DNA of 64,000 nt from Malacoraja senta (lineage: Eukaryota). Below are positions 49,131 to 62,696 of this stretch, piece after piece. Every line of letters begins with the position of its first letter. The stretch's first letter is position 1. The DNA is taken from NCBI GenBank assembly GCA_038087875.1, contig CM075978.1, positions 174,902,001-174,966,000 on the forward strand. The letters run 5' to 3'. Below the pieces are notes generated by a model. That model was not told the origin of the DNA. It saw only the letters and a list, made by a program, of their open reading frames with translations, and ran no database searches. The position numbers were made by a program, and so were the translations under genes.

Positions 49131-50385
49131 TCTGCACTCGTCCCATCTGCCCGCGTTTGGTCTCCTAAACCATCCATGTGCTGTTCAAATGTTCTTTAAA
49201 TTTTGTTTTAGTTTCTGCCTCAATAATCTCATCTGGCAGTTCATTTCATATCCCCACTATGTGGAAAACGGTTCCTCAGCTCCTTACACAGCTGTAACAA
49301 AACATCCCAAATTATATACTCAGTACCCTGACTGATGAAGGCCTGTGTACCGAAAGCCTTCTTAACCTCCTTGTCTACCTGTGACACCACTCTCAAGGAA
49401 CTATGTACCGTACCAGCACACCTTGACCCCTCTGCTTTACAAACTCCCAAGAGCCCTGCCGTTCACTATTATGGTCCTGCCCACAAAATGACTTCCCAAA
49501 ATGCAAAACCTCACACTTATCTGCATTAAACTCCATTGACCATTCATTAGCCCACTTGTCCACTGATCAAGATCCTGCTGTAACATTTGATAACCATTTT
49601 CGCTATCTACAATACCACCCGATTATCAGTCATCTGCAATCTTACTAATCCGGCCTTGTATGTTCTCATCCAAATCATTGATACACAATACGCCACAAAC
49701 AGCAATGGGCCTAGTACCGATCCTGGAGCAACACCACTCGCCCTCCATTCCAAAAAAACAATCTTCTGAAGAAGGGTCTCGACCCGAAATGTCACACATT
49801 CTTTCTCTCCAGAGATGCTGTTTATCATTTTGTGTCTATGTTCCTGGATCCCATGTGATCTCGCCGTCCAGAGCACCTACCTTGTCAGTCAGCTTGCTGA
49901 AATCCAGTTACACATCTACAGCTCTGCCGCCATCAACATTTTTGGTCACATCTTGAAAAATTCGACCAGATTCGTGAGGCACGCTGTTCCACATGCAAAA
50001 CCATGCTGGGTAACCCTAATCGGCCCTTGTCTATCCAAATACATCTATAAATTATCCTTCAGAGTACTGTCTGGAAAAGCCTAGGAACTATATATTTGTG
50101 AGCCTGACATCTATGGCAGATATGTTACTGGAGAGTATTCTGAGATATGCAGGTTTATGAACCATTGCTGATCAGTGATATTGAACCTGGTGTATTTACG
50201 CAGGTGATATAGCCTCACGTATGTGATCAAGAGTTTTGAAGAAGTAACTTAGAAGGTTGAAGATGGCAAGGCCATAGATAATGTTTATATGGAAGGTTCT
50301 GCATGCCAAGTTGCCCTGGAAAGCTAGATGGCATGAGAACTAGCTTAATGGGTAGAGAATCTGATTTATGGAAGGAAGTAGTTAA

Positions 50386-52333
50386 TGTAAATCACATCAA
50401 ACTGTTTAAGATTTACACACAGGCTTGTTCAGGATTGTCACCAGTGGTTGGTGGTCCGTCTCAACCGTGAACGTGTTGCCATGGACGAAGTCGTGGAATT
50501 TGGAGCAGGCAAAGACGACAGCCAACAGTTCCTTTTCGATTTGCGCGTAGTGCTGCTCCGTGTCGGTCATGGTGCGAGAGGCATACGCGACAGGTAGTAG
50601 GGTGCCATCATCAGACGGTTGCAGGCAGGCTGCGCCGAGCCCGAATTTCGAGGCATCGCAGGTGATCACCACCGGACGTTTCAGGTCGAAAAAAGTCAGG
50701 GTCGGTTCACTGGTCAGTTTGGATTTTAGAACATCAAAGGCATCCTGATGTTGCTGGAACCATGACCATGCAGTGTCCTTTTTTGTCAGCTGCCGCAGTG
50801 TGGAGCTTAGTTCGCTGAGGTTTGGCATGAACATTCCGAGATAGTTTACCATGCCCAGGAAACGTTGCAGGCCTTTCACGTCAGTGGGTGCAGGCATTTC
50901 TGTGATGGCAGTAGTTTTCTTCGGATCCGGTTTGAGGCCATCAGGGGTGAAGATGTGACCGACGTAGGAGACCACTGGAACCCTGAACTTGCACTTGTCA
51001 GGATTGAGCTTGAGGTTGATCTTGACAGCACGCTCCAAGATGAGCCTGAGATTGTGGTCATGTTCTGCTGCGTCTTTACCATAGACAAGGATATCATCGA
51101 CAATAATGGCACTAGGCAGATCCTCGAATAATTGCTCCATAATTCTTTGGAAGACTTCACTGGCGGAGTTGATCCCGAATGGCATTCTCAGAAACTTATA
51201 TCTGCCGAATGGGGTGGCAAATGTGGTGAGGTTTGATGACCTCTTGTCCAGCGGTATCTGCCAGAATGAGTTCTTTGCATCTAGGACAGAAAATAGGGTG
51301 GCCGTTCCGATCTTTGCCGCAACATCCTCTACTGTCTTCATGGGATGGCGTGGGCGCTGAATGGCAGTGTTCAGGTCTTTGGGATTAATACACAGGCGGA
51401 TTTCATCGTTTCCCTTCTTGACTGTGGCAATCATGGTTGAGACCCAGTCGGTGGGGTCGCTGACTGCCTCAATTACGCCTTTGGGGACCATGTCCTTCAG
51501 CATAGAGTGAACCCTGTCAGTCATGGCAAATGACAATCTGTGCGGGGCTCGGATTACGGGTGTCACATCGGGGTCAGTAATAACCTTGTAGGACACAGGC
51601 AACTTGCCTAGGTTGTTGTCGAAGAGACCAGGGAATTCATTCAGTGGATCAAAAGAAACTTGCAGTTTGTGGACAGTTTTATCAAAGGAAATCAGCCCCA
51701 GTTCACAGGCACGATTGGCAAGCAGAATAACTGAATTAAAGTTCAACACATGGAAGGTCAATTATATTTGGGGTAATGGAAGACGGGAACAAATTGAGCT
51801 CATCTCAAAAGTCAATTTTTAATTATGGTTTAATAATAGCAAAAAAATTAACATTGAAATTTTGGAAAAATACACCAATACCAACGCTCAAAATGTGGAT
51901 TGCAAGTATGTTGGATACCGCACATCTTGAGGAAATGCGATTCCTCCTAATAGATAAATTTGACCAATTCATAACGAGTTGGTCTCCATTTGTCGTCTTT
52001 TTGGAAACGTATGGTGCAAAACAGGTGTAAAAGCTAATCCGTGACTGCGGATGGTCAAGATTATAAATGATCTTCTATTTTCTTTTCTTCTTTTCTTTTC
52101 ATTTATTCTCTTTCTTCTATTTTCTATGTCTCAACTTTCTTATTTCATTCTTTATTTTTCTTTTTCACACACTATATATCTCACATTTTTCTATTTTTCA
52201 TTATCTAACTTTTTTCTTTTTCTTCTTTATTTCAAAAAATTTTAAAAATAAGAAGCTGTACATAAAAGGTATTATGAAAATATGATTGTATACAATTGTA
52301 CTTACTTCTAATAAAATAAAAATATTAAAAAAA

Positions 52334-52372
<39 letters not shown>

Positions 52373-53868
52373 AAGGTCAATTCCCTCGTTGTTTTCTTCA
52401 GTACACATTTCAAGTTGGTTTTGCCCAGAGGAACTAGCACCTCCCCACCAAAAGCATGAAAGTGGACGCGTCCTTAACAAGTGGCTCGTTAGCTCTAATC
52501 TTGTTAAAAAGGGTGATTGACATTGTATTGACCTTCGCGCCCGTATCCAGTTTCGCGCCAAAAACAACATTGTTTACAGATATCGTCACTGTAGGATCAG
52601 AGTTCTTGGCAGCAGCATGCTGTAACGTGTAAACAGTCGGGTCGTCTTGCGAGTTAATTGGAATATATTTGGGGGCGGCTTCGAGCTGGAAATTGGGAGT
52701 CAGTATGTTGCTGTCTCGTTGAAAAAAATTGAGATTAGACTTGGGACTGGGCGCATTCTTTCCTCGGGCCTTGATTGCAGCCCGACAGACTGAGGCAAAG
52801 TGATTTAGCTTTTTGCAGTAATTACAAGCCTTCCCGAGGGCGGGGCAGGTGGATTGCCTGTTGTGTAGATAGCCGCAGTTAGGATATTTCTGTGGAGGAC
52901 CGCTGAGAGCTGCCTGGCTAGCTTGGGTCATAAATCGGCTGTTATCTGTGTATGTCCGCTGCCTAGTGAGGCCCGTCAGATTGATGGTATTGCTTTCATG
53001 CGAAATGTCTATGGGATCGACAAGTTCAGCAGTTCTGCATGCGTGCACCGCATCCTCTAGCGATAACTCTGGCCATCTCAGGAGCTCTGATCTGAGCTTT
53101 TGATCGGTGATACCATTCACTAAAATATCCCTCGTTAACTGATCAGTCAACTGATCCAATGGCATTTCCTGAAATCGACAACGTTGGGCTAGATACATCA
53201 AAGAAGAAATAAATGAGTCACCTCGTTCCCCGGGAAGTTGACGACGAGAGAAAAACCTTGCCCTGTCCAAAATGTAATTTGAGGGCAGCTCACAGATCTG
53301 GGCCAGTTTACGCAGCAAAACATTAGTGTCAGTAGGAGACTCCGCCGGTGTAATTACCTGGTCATTGGAATCACGGATAGCCGGAGCATAACGGAATGTT
53401 CTGGATCGACCAAGGGCACCTGGTCCCGCAAGGTTGAGCAGGAGAGAGGCCTTGACAGCATCTGGTTCATTTCGGTGTACAATGTTCATGTAGTGCTGGT
53501 AATCAATTTCAAACATGGCCCAGCGTTCGCTGATATCGGCATCAAAGACAAGAGGCTCATGTTTCCGACAAGAAGTAGCCATTGTAAAGTAAAGCAAAAC
53601 TCACAAAAGATGAAATAAAAACCGTTATACAAGAGGAGTGGATAATACCACTTCTGACGCCAGGTAAATCACATCAAACTGTATAAGATTTACACACATC
53701 TTTAATCAGCACAGTAACTTGACAGCATTACAAAACGAGGTGTTGTCAGTTCATCCTAGCTGCTTCAACTAACGGTGCTGGGAATGGGCGTTAGTATAAA
53801 TGTTATAATGGGGTGGAGTTAGTGATGCTGGCTAAGTGTGATTGATTCACATGCATCATCAATCTACA
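50386..53868 (-). mobile_element. Internally deleted Gypsy LTR element related to the 27.9-kb copy
   Basis: 5' LTR 53663-53868, PBS TGGCGTCAGAAGTGG (tRNA-Leu-like), gag/protease (LDTGA) 52434-53582, RT/RNase H 50406-51761. Only 36 bp of the 3' LTR remain (50386-50421). 5-bp TSD GTTAA on both sides. Confidence 0.93.
51764..52370 (+). mobile_element. 5'-truncated L1-clade LINE inserted in the Gypsy pol region
   Basis: ORF2 C-terminus (LKFWKNTPIPTLKMWI), 3' UTR, AATAAA, A30 tail, 12-bp TSD GGAAGGTCAATT (51752-51763 and 52371-52382). Confidence 0.92.
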
Positions 53869-54415
53869 GTTAAAACATTTTTTTTCAGACTGAAGGCTGT
53901 GACTCTTGCTGTGTTCATGGATCGGGGCTGGGGCCCATTGCTGTTTGTGTTTTATATCAGCAATTTGGATGAGAAGATGCAAGCCATGATTACAATGTCT
54001 GCAGATGCCATTAATGGAGGTGGTATCGTCGGCAGGGGCGGCACAGTAGCGCAGTGGTGGAGTTGCTGACAGCGCCAAAGACACGGGTTCAATCCTGGCT
54101 ATGGGTGCTGTTTGTAAAGAATTTCTCCCTGTGACCGCGTGAATTTTTCCGAGATCTTTGGTTACCTCCCACACTCCAAAGCACTACAGGTTTGTAGGTT
54201 AATTGGCTAGGTCTAAATGTAAATTGTCCTTAGTGTGTGTACGACAGTGTTAATGTATGGGGATTGCTGGTTGGTGCAGACTGAGTGAGCAAAAGGGTCT
54301 GTTTCCACGCTGTAGCTCGAAACTAAAAAGACTAATCAGTGAAGACGGTCATCAAAAATTACAGCAGGATCTTGATCAGTTGGGCACATGGATTGAGGGA
54401 TAGCTAATGAAGCTT

Positions 54416-57400
54416 TAAAAAAAATTAATTTTTTTTATTAGAGGTATTGTACAGTACAGTGATCTCAAACAAACATAAAATTATACATTTCTTGTACCAC
54501 TTCCTATTTTAAACATTAATAAGACAAAGGGTAGAGAGAGTTAGCAGAGATAGTAAGTGAGTGAGTGAAAGAGTGGTCTAGGAACACCCATAGGGACCTA
54601 AACCACAAGAAAGAGTTAAACAAAAGAGAAAAACCAAATGAAGGAAGAAAACAACAACAACAAAAAGTAAGATAAGATAAGACAAGATAAAAGGGATGTA
54701 CCTACTTCATATCTTTACTCACCCCTCACCAGGTCCTGAAAACATTTATTATCAACATTTTGTTGCACCCTATATTTGTAATAAGTCGATAAATGGAGAC
54801 CAAATCTTTTGGAAATGGTCTGGTTTACCTGCTAAGAGGAATCTCATATCTTCTAGTTGTAACAGTTCTGACATATTAGAAATCCACATTTTTGTCGTTG
54901 GCGTGGGAGCGTTTTTCCAAAATTTCAGTATACGTTTTTTTGCCGTTATTAAGCCATAATTAAGAAAGCTCCTTTGAAACGAAGACAGCTCCAAACTGGC
55001 TTCGATTGTTTAAAAAATGATCAGTTCTGCATTCGGTTTCAGTTTTATTTTTAATAATTTCGTGAAAATTTCAAAGATTTAATTCCAAAATTTTTGAATT
55101 TTTATACAAAAAACAAAAGAGTGTGCTATATTTGCTTCTTGGGTTAGACATTTATCACAGATAGAAGAGACATTTGGGTAAAATTTACTTATTTTAGCTT
55201 TTGAGTAGTATAATCTATGTAAGATTTTAAATTGAATTACAATGTGTCTTACGTTAATCGAGCATTAATGTACATATAACAAGTGTTTATCCCAACTCGA
55301 GATTTTTATAGCTAGTTCTTGTTCCCAATCTCTTGTAATCCTATCAGATGATGGTATTTCTATATTTAGGATGGTATTATACAGGTATGATATTAAATTA
55401 GTCGATTCTGCTTTTATATTCATTGTCTCGTCTAATAAGTCTGGAGACATATTTTGATAATCTTGTGTATATTTTTTTAAATAGTCACGTATTTGAAAAT
55501 ATTTAAAATATTGATTACTACTCAAATTGTATTTAAGTTGTAGTTGGTGAAATGTTAAAAAACTTCAATTTTCATACATATCTCCAAACGTTTTAATTCC
55601 TAATCTATCCCAGTATGTAAACGATTTATCTATCGTAGAAGGTTTAAACGAAGGATTATTCATTATAGGTGAAAGAAGCGATAGATTTCTTAATTTTAAA
55701 GTTAATTTTAATTGTTTCCAAATTCTAATTGTACTATGGATAATTGGATTCTTACTATATATTGTATTCTTCAATTTTGTTGGTGAGAGAAGGATCGCTC
55801 CTATATTTAATTGGGAACAATTCTCTCTCTCCACTACTATCCAATCCACCTTCTGGGCTGAGTTGTCCAACAGGTGAATCATATTTTTGACATTTCCGGC
55901 GCAGTAATAATACAAAAAATTAGGGAGTGATAATCCGCCAAATTCTTTAGGTTTGCACAAATGTCTTCTTTGAATTCTATGGGATTTATAGTCCCATATA
56001 AAATTTGTAATATCAGCATCCAGTTTAAAAAAAAAAATTGGTAAGTATATCGGTATTGACTGGAATAGATATAAAATTTGTGGTAAAAAAAAAAATCATT
56101 TTTATAGCATTAATTCGGCCTATTAGAGACATCGGGAGAGTTTTCCAAAATTTAGTCAGTATGTTTAGTTTATTGAGTAAGGGCATATAGTTTGCATTAA
56201 ATAAAGATTTATATTTTCTAGTAATTTCAATTCCCAAATATTTGAATTTTTCTGAAGCGATTTAAAAATGGAATTTTAACAGGTGTGTTGGGTCTTGAGG
56301 TTTTATCGTCATCATTTCACTTTTATTCCAATTTATTCTATATCCTGAAAAGGATCCAAAATCCACTATTAGATTTAATTAGAAATTTGTGATTTTGTAA
56401 TATATAATAGTACATCATCTGCATATAATGATATTTTATTATTTGAGTATTTTGTATTATAACCATGGATGTTCGGATGTATTCTAATACTTTCCGCTAA
56501 CGGTTCTATTACAAGAGCAAATAGCAGAGGTGATAATGAACATCCCTGTCTATTTCCCCTTGATAATTGAAATTTCGGGGACAACATATTATTAGTTAAT
56601 ATTCTGGCAGTAGGCAGTAATTTTACCCAAGCGATAACATTCTCTCCCATTTGAAATGTTTGCAATACTTTAACAAGGTAATCCCATTCCACTTGATCGA
56701 ATGCTTTTTCTGCGTCCAATGAAATAATTGATAAGTCTTGTTCTTCGGTTTTATATGAGTGCATTATATTAAACAGACGTCTCAAATTATTGCATGAATA
56801 TCTCTTGGGTATAAACCCCGTTTGATCCGGATTTATTAATTTACTAACATATTTACTTAATCTTCTAGCTAATGTTTTCGTTAATATTTTTGATCTGTAT
56901 TTAACAGTGCAATAGCTCTATGTGGTGAATCTGTGGAATTCTCTTCCACAGAAGGTAGTTGAGGCCAGTTCATTGGCTATATTTAAGAGGGAGTTAGATG
57001 TGGCCCTTGTGGCTAAAGGGATCAGGGGATATGGAGAGAAGGCAGGGATGGGATACTGAGTTGGATGATCAGCCATGATCATATCAAATGGCGGTGCAGG
57101 CTCGAAGGGCCGAATGGCCTACTCCTGCACCTATTTTCTATGTTTCTATGTTTCTATAAGAACCCGGGTCTTATAAATCTTTATCTTTTTTAGGTATAAG
57201 TGTAATCGTTGATTCCGCTAGTGTTTCTGGAAGTGTATGTTCTTTAAAAGCATATGTATACATTTTATGTAACCGTGGTGTAATTATCTCGTAGAATATT
57301 TTATAAAATTCATTACTAAAACCATCTGGTCCTGGTGTTTCTCCATTCTTTAATGAATTTATTGTTTCTTCTATTTCCTTAGTTGAGATTTGTGCACCAA

Positions 57401-58521
57401 ATTCCTCTTGTTTGATCAAATTAAGTTTTGGGAGATTACAATTATCCAAGAACTCTATAACTTTAGTACTATCTGCTAACGCTTTAGATGTATATAAATG
57501 TTGATAAAATTGAGCGAATCTTTTATTAATATCCTTAGGTGGTGTTAACAATTCCCCTTTATCTGATTTAATCTTTAAAATCGTATGATCTTTTTCCCAT
57601 TTTTTCAGTTGTCGGATCAAAAGTTTGTGTGGTTTATCCCCAAATTCAAAATTTTCCTGTTTTGTAATTTGAAATAATCTTATAACATTTGCTGATAATA
57701 TTTTATTTAATTTAAATTTCAATATTGTTATTTTATTATGTTTATCTATAATTGGCTCTTTAGCGTTATCTAAATCCAATTGTCTAATTCGTTCTTCTAA
57801 CTGCCTTTGTTCATTCTTATTCTTTTTATTTAAAAAAGCTTGGTATGAGATTATAGATCCTCTAATAAATGCTTTGAAAGATTCCCATAGTAAGGTTGGT
57901 GAGATCTCTGGGATATTATTAGTTTTGAAAAAAAGTTCCATCTGTTGTTTTAGATATATTTCCCCTTGTAGGTCATTTAGGATTTGAGGATTAAACCTCC
58001 AAAACGATTTATTAGTAGGCATTCCTTCTAATTTAAAAAAAAAAGTTATCGGGGAGTGATCAGAAATTGTACTATTGTGGTATGTTGGGTTTAGTGTATC
58101 GAGAATTAATTTTGTATCCACTAGAAAATAGTCGATACGTGAATAAGTTTTGTGTACTATTGAATAAAATGAGTATTCCCTTCCAACAGGGTTAGCGATC
58201 CTCCAGACATCTGTTATATTTGTGTTTTTTATGTATGTATTTAAGATTTCCCTGGTTTTAGATTTTGTATTACCCCTGTTCTGTTTTGAAGATTTATCCA
58301 AGTATGGATCTAAAACACAGTTAAAATCTCCCCCAATTATCACATTTTGTTAATTGAACTCTGAAATTATATTCAGGATTTTATTAAAGAATTGGGGATT
58401 ATCAAAATTAGGTGCATAAATATTTACCAATTGGAGTAGCATGAATCTCTCAGGTAACTATAAGGTATCTCCCTTCCTTATCTATTATGATATTCTTTGA
58501 TTTAAATGGTATACCTTTGCT
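54416..58521 (-). mobile_element. L1-clade LINE, 5'-truncated within the endonuclease, multiple frameshifts
   Basis: EN motifs GGDFN, YSRIDYFL, SDHSP; RT motifs LDAEKAFD, RQGCSLSPLLF, YADD. 13-bp TSD GCTAATGAAGCTT (54403-54415 and 58522-58534). Confidence 0.92.
56922..57157 (+). mobile_element. CR1 3'-end fragment nested in the L1
   Basis: CR1 3' UTR GAAGGGCCGAATGGCCTACTCC and (TCTATGTT)n tail; TCTAT on both sides. Confidence 0.88.
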
Positions 58522-58966
58522 GCTAATGAAGCTTAATGCAAACAATTGCGAGTTGTTGCATTTTGGGAGATCACCCCAGGGCAGTCCATTTACAGTGAAG
58601 CCTGGGAAAAGTTATAGAGCAATGGGAACTAGGCTTACGGATATATCGTTACCTGCACATGGCGTCACAGGTAAGGAGAACCTTTAGCACATTTTCGTTC
58701 AGCAGTCAATGTATTTAGTCTAGAATTTGTATTATGGTAAAGTCGGAGGAGACGATGGTGAGGTCACATTTTGAATATCGTTTTCACTTTTGGACACCCT
58801 TCTGCAGGAAGGGTGTCATTATGCTGGAAATAGTGATTAGAGAAGTTTAACATATGTTTTCAAGACTGGAGGGCCTGAGCTATGGGGTGAGGTTGGGCGG
58901 ACTAGGACCACAGGAGGCCGAGGGTGATATTCTAGGTGTATATAACACCATGAGAGCAATAGACAA

Positions 58967-61900
58967 GTCAATTCAAGAGAGTTCATTGTCATGTGTTCCA
59001 GATAGGACAATTAAATTCTTGCTTGCTGCAGCACAACGGAATATTGTAGGCATAAATACATATCAGATCATTGTGTCCATATACCATAGAATATACATAT
59101 ATATAAACACACACACATAAATAAACAGACACAGTGCAATAGGCTGTTATAGTTCATAGTTTGTTCGAAGTTGTGTTTAATAGTCTGATGGCTGTGGGGA
59201 AGTAGCTGTTCCTGAACCTGGATGTTGCAGATTTCAGGCTCGTGTACCTTCTACCTGATGGCAGCGGAGAGATAAGTGTGTGGCCAGGATGGTGTGGGTC
59301 CTTGATGATGCTGGCAACCTTTTTGAGGCAGCACCTGCGATAGATCCCTTCAATGGTAGGGAGGTTAGAGCCGATGATGGACTGGGCAGTGTTTACAACT
59401 TTTTGCAGCTTTTTCCGCTCCAGGACACTCAGGTTGCCATACCAAGCCACGATGCAACCGGTCAGCATGCTCTCTACTGTGCACCTGTAGAAGTTCGAGA
59501 GAGTCCTCCTTGACATACCGACTCTCCGTAATCTTCTCAGGAAATAGAGGCGCGGATGTGCTTACTTTATGATTGCATCAGTGTTCTGGGACCAGGAGAG
59601 ATCTTCAGAAATATGCACGCCTAGGAATTTGAAGTACTTGACCCTTTCCACCATCGACCCGTTGATATATACGGGCCTGTGAGTCCCCGACCTACCCCTT
59701 CCGAAGTCCACAATCAGTTCCTTGGTTTTGCTGGTGTTGAGAGCCAGGTAATAGTGCTGGCACCATTTGGTCAATCGGTCGATCTCACTTTTATACTCTG
59801 ACTCGTCTCCATCAGTGATACGTACCACAACAGTGGTGTCGTCGGCGAACTTGATGATGGAGTTCGCACTATGTCCGGCTACGCCGACATGAATACAGAG
59901 TGAGTACCGCAGGGGGCTGAACTCACAGCCTTGAGGTGCTCCCGTGCTGATTGTTATCGAGGATGACACATTTCCACCAATACGGACAGTCTGTGGTCTT
60001 TGAATGAGGAAGTCGCGGATCCAATTGCAGAGGGATGCGCACAGACCCAGTTCTGCGAGTTTGGTAACCAGCTTGGAGGGGATGATGGTATTAAATGCCG
60101 AGCTGTAGTCAATGTATCACAGCCTGACATATGAGTTTTTGTTGTCCAAGTGGTTCAGACCGGAGTAGAGAGCCAATGAGATCGCATCCACCGTTGATCT
60201 GTTGTGGCGGTAAGCAAACTGCAGTGGGTCCAGGTTTTTGTCAAGGTATGAGTTGATTTGCGCCATGATCAGCCTCTCAAAACACTTCATCACCACAGCC
60301 GTTAGTGCCACTGGTCGATAGTCATTGAGGCACGTCACCTTACTATTCTTGGGCACCGGTATTATTGATGCCCTTTTAGAGCAGGTGGGAACCTCAGACC
60401 TCAGAAGTGAGAAGTTGAAAATATCCGTAAAAACTCCAGCCAGTTGGTCTGCACAGGTTTTTAAAACACGCCCGGGTATACCATCAGGTCCAGACGCTTT
60501 CCGAGGGTTCACCCCTCTGAAGGATTTTCTGACGTCGGCCTCTGTGACTGTGACCGAAATACTATCACGGAGAATGGGGGCATGGGAAGGCACATCAGTG
60601 TTCTCCCTATCAAAGCGTGCATAAAACGCATTGAGCTCATCAGGGAGTGATGTTTCGCCGATATTCGAGCTGCCTCGTGATTTCGCCTATAGGAGGTGAT
60701 TGCATTCAAGTCCCGCCACAGCTGCCGAACATCTGTCTCATCTTCCAGCTTGGAGCAGGTCCCTTTTGGCCTTTTTTATGGCCTTACCAAGGTCGTATCT
60801 GGACTTCTTGTAGACCTCTGTATCTCCAGACCTGAATGGCCGGGATCTGGTCTTCAGAAACATAGAAACATAGAAAATAGGTGCAGGATAAGGCCATTCG
60901 ACCCTTCAAGCCAGCACCGCCATTCATTGTGATCATGGCTGATCGTCGCCAATCAATAACCCGTGCCTGCCTTCTCCCCATATCCCTTGATTCAACTAAC
61001 CCCTAGAACTCTATCTAACTCTCTCTTAAATCCATCCAGTGACTTGGTCTCCACTGCCTTATGTGGCAGGGCATTCCACAAATTCACAACCCTCTTGGTG
61101 AAAACGTTTTTTTCTCACCTCAGTCTTAAATGGCTTCCCCTTTATTCTAAGACTGTGCCCCCTGGTTCTGGACTCGCCCAACATTGGGAACATTTTTCCT
61201 GCATCTAGCTTGTCCAGTCCTTTTATAATTGTATATGTTTTTATAAGATCCCCCCTCTTTCTTCTGAACTCCAGTGAATACAAGTCTAGTCTTTTCAATC
61301 TTTCCTCATATGACAATCCCGCCATCCCAAGAATGCAGATCTTATGGTTCATCCAAGGCTTCTGGTTAGGAAACACTCGGAAGGTTTTTGTTGGGATGCA
61401 GTCCTCCACACCTTTTTTTATGACGTCTGTAACGACTGTGGCGAATTCATTCAGGTCCACTGCCGAGTCCATGAACATTGCCCAGTCTACAGACTACAAA
61501 CTGTCCTGGAGTTGTTCCTTTGCCCCCCCACCCCACCCCCCCGACCAGCTCTGTACAGTCCTCACTTCTGGGGGTGCGCTCATCAATTGCCGCCTGTGGG
61601 CAGGAAGAAGCAGCACCGCGGTATGGTCGGATTTACCGAAGTGAGGGCGATGGATAGAGTGATAGGCATCCTTGTTGGTCGTGTAGTAGTGGTCGAGGAT
61701 GTTTGGTCCTCTGGTGCTGCAGGAGACACGTTGGTGGAAGTTAGGGAGCGATTTCTTAAGGTTGGCTTTGGTGAAGTCCCCTGCTACGGCGGTGAATGCT
61801 TCGGGGTAAACCGTCTGGTGCTTGTTGACCACAGCGTGCAGCTCCTTCAGTGTCAGACGGACGTCTGCCTGGGGTGGGACGGCACTTCACCGCCAGATGT

Positions 61901-62325
61901 TCGCGGTGTGGGGAGCAGGTGTTGGATAGGACTGTCACGTCCGAGCACCACGCAGAGTTGACCATGAGGCAGACACCCCCTCCTCTCCCTTTCCCAGATG
62001 CCTGCGTACGGTCCATACGGTGGATGGAGAACCCTTCAGGCTGGACTGCTGAGTCTGGGGAGCTGGGGAAGCGCCATGTCTCTGTGAAACAGAACACAGA
62101 GCATTCCATCAGCTCCCTTTGGTAAAGCAGCCTTGCGTTTAAGTCCTCCACTTTGTTTTCTAGTGACTGTACGTTGGCCAGTAGGATGTTAGGGAGAGGG
62201 GGCCGAAGTCCCCTATGCTTCAGTCTTACTTATAGCCCTGCCCGACGGCCACGTTTCCGTACTCCATGAAGCCCTCCTAGGTGTTTAAAGGTACAGTACT
62301 TACGAGTCTCCGTGAGGTTGGAGAT
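58967..62325 (-). mobile_element. Rex1/Babar-like LINE (EN + RT), degraded; boundaries approximate
   Basis: CFTETW, VAGDF, GKSDH, KASGPDG, YRPVALT...KCFERL, PLQFAYR, GAPQGC, FADD, YRCTVESMLT across ORFs 59154-62151. Confidence 0.88.
60857..61330 (-). mobile_element. CR1 3'-end fragment nested in the Rex1-like LINE
   Basis: (CATAGAAA)n tail at 60857; [20 protein letters not shown] in frame; the host sequence resumes after 61330 with AGAA microhomology. Confidence 0.88.
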
Positions 62326-62696
62326 AGGTTGAATGCTCAGAGTCATTTACCCAAGGTTGTGAATCAAGAAGCAGAAGGCAACGTTTTATGGTGAAACGGG
62401 AAGCTTTAATAGGAAACCTGAGGGGCAACTGTTTCACTCGGATGGAGGTGGGTGTATTAAGCGAGCTGTTAGAGGAGATAGTTGGAGCAGGTATAATAAC
62501 AGCATTTAAATGACACTGGACAGGTATTTGGATAGAATATTGTAGAGGGATTTGGGCAAACGCGGGTAAATGTTAGCATCTTGGTTAACGTGGACCAATT
62601 GGGCCGGAGGAACTTTTTTCCGTGCTCCGTGACTCTATACCACTATGACAGGCCTGTTTTCATGCTGCGTGTCTGTGTTAACCTTCTAAAATCTCG

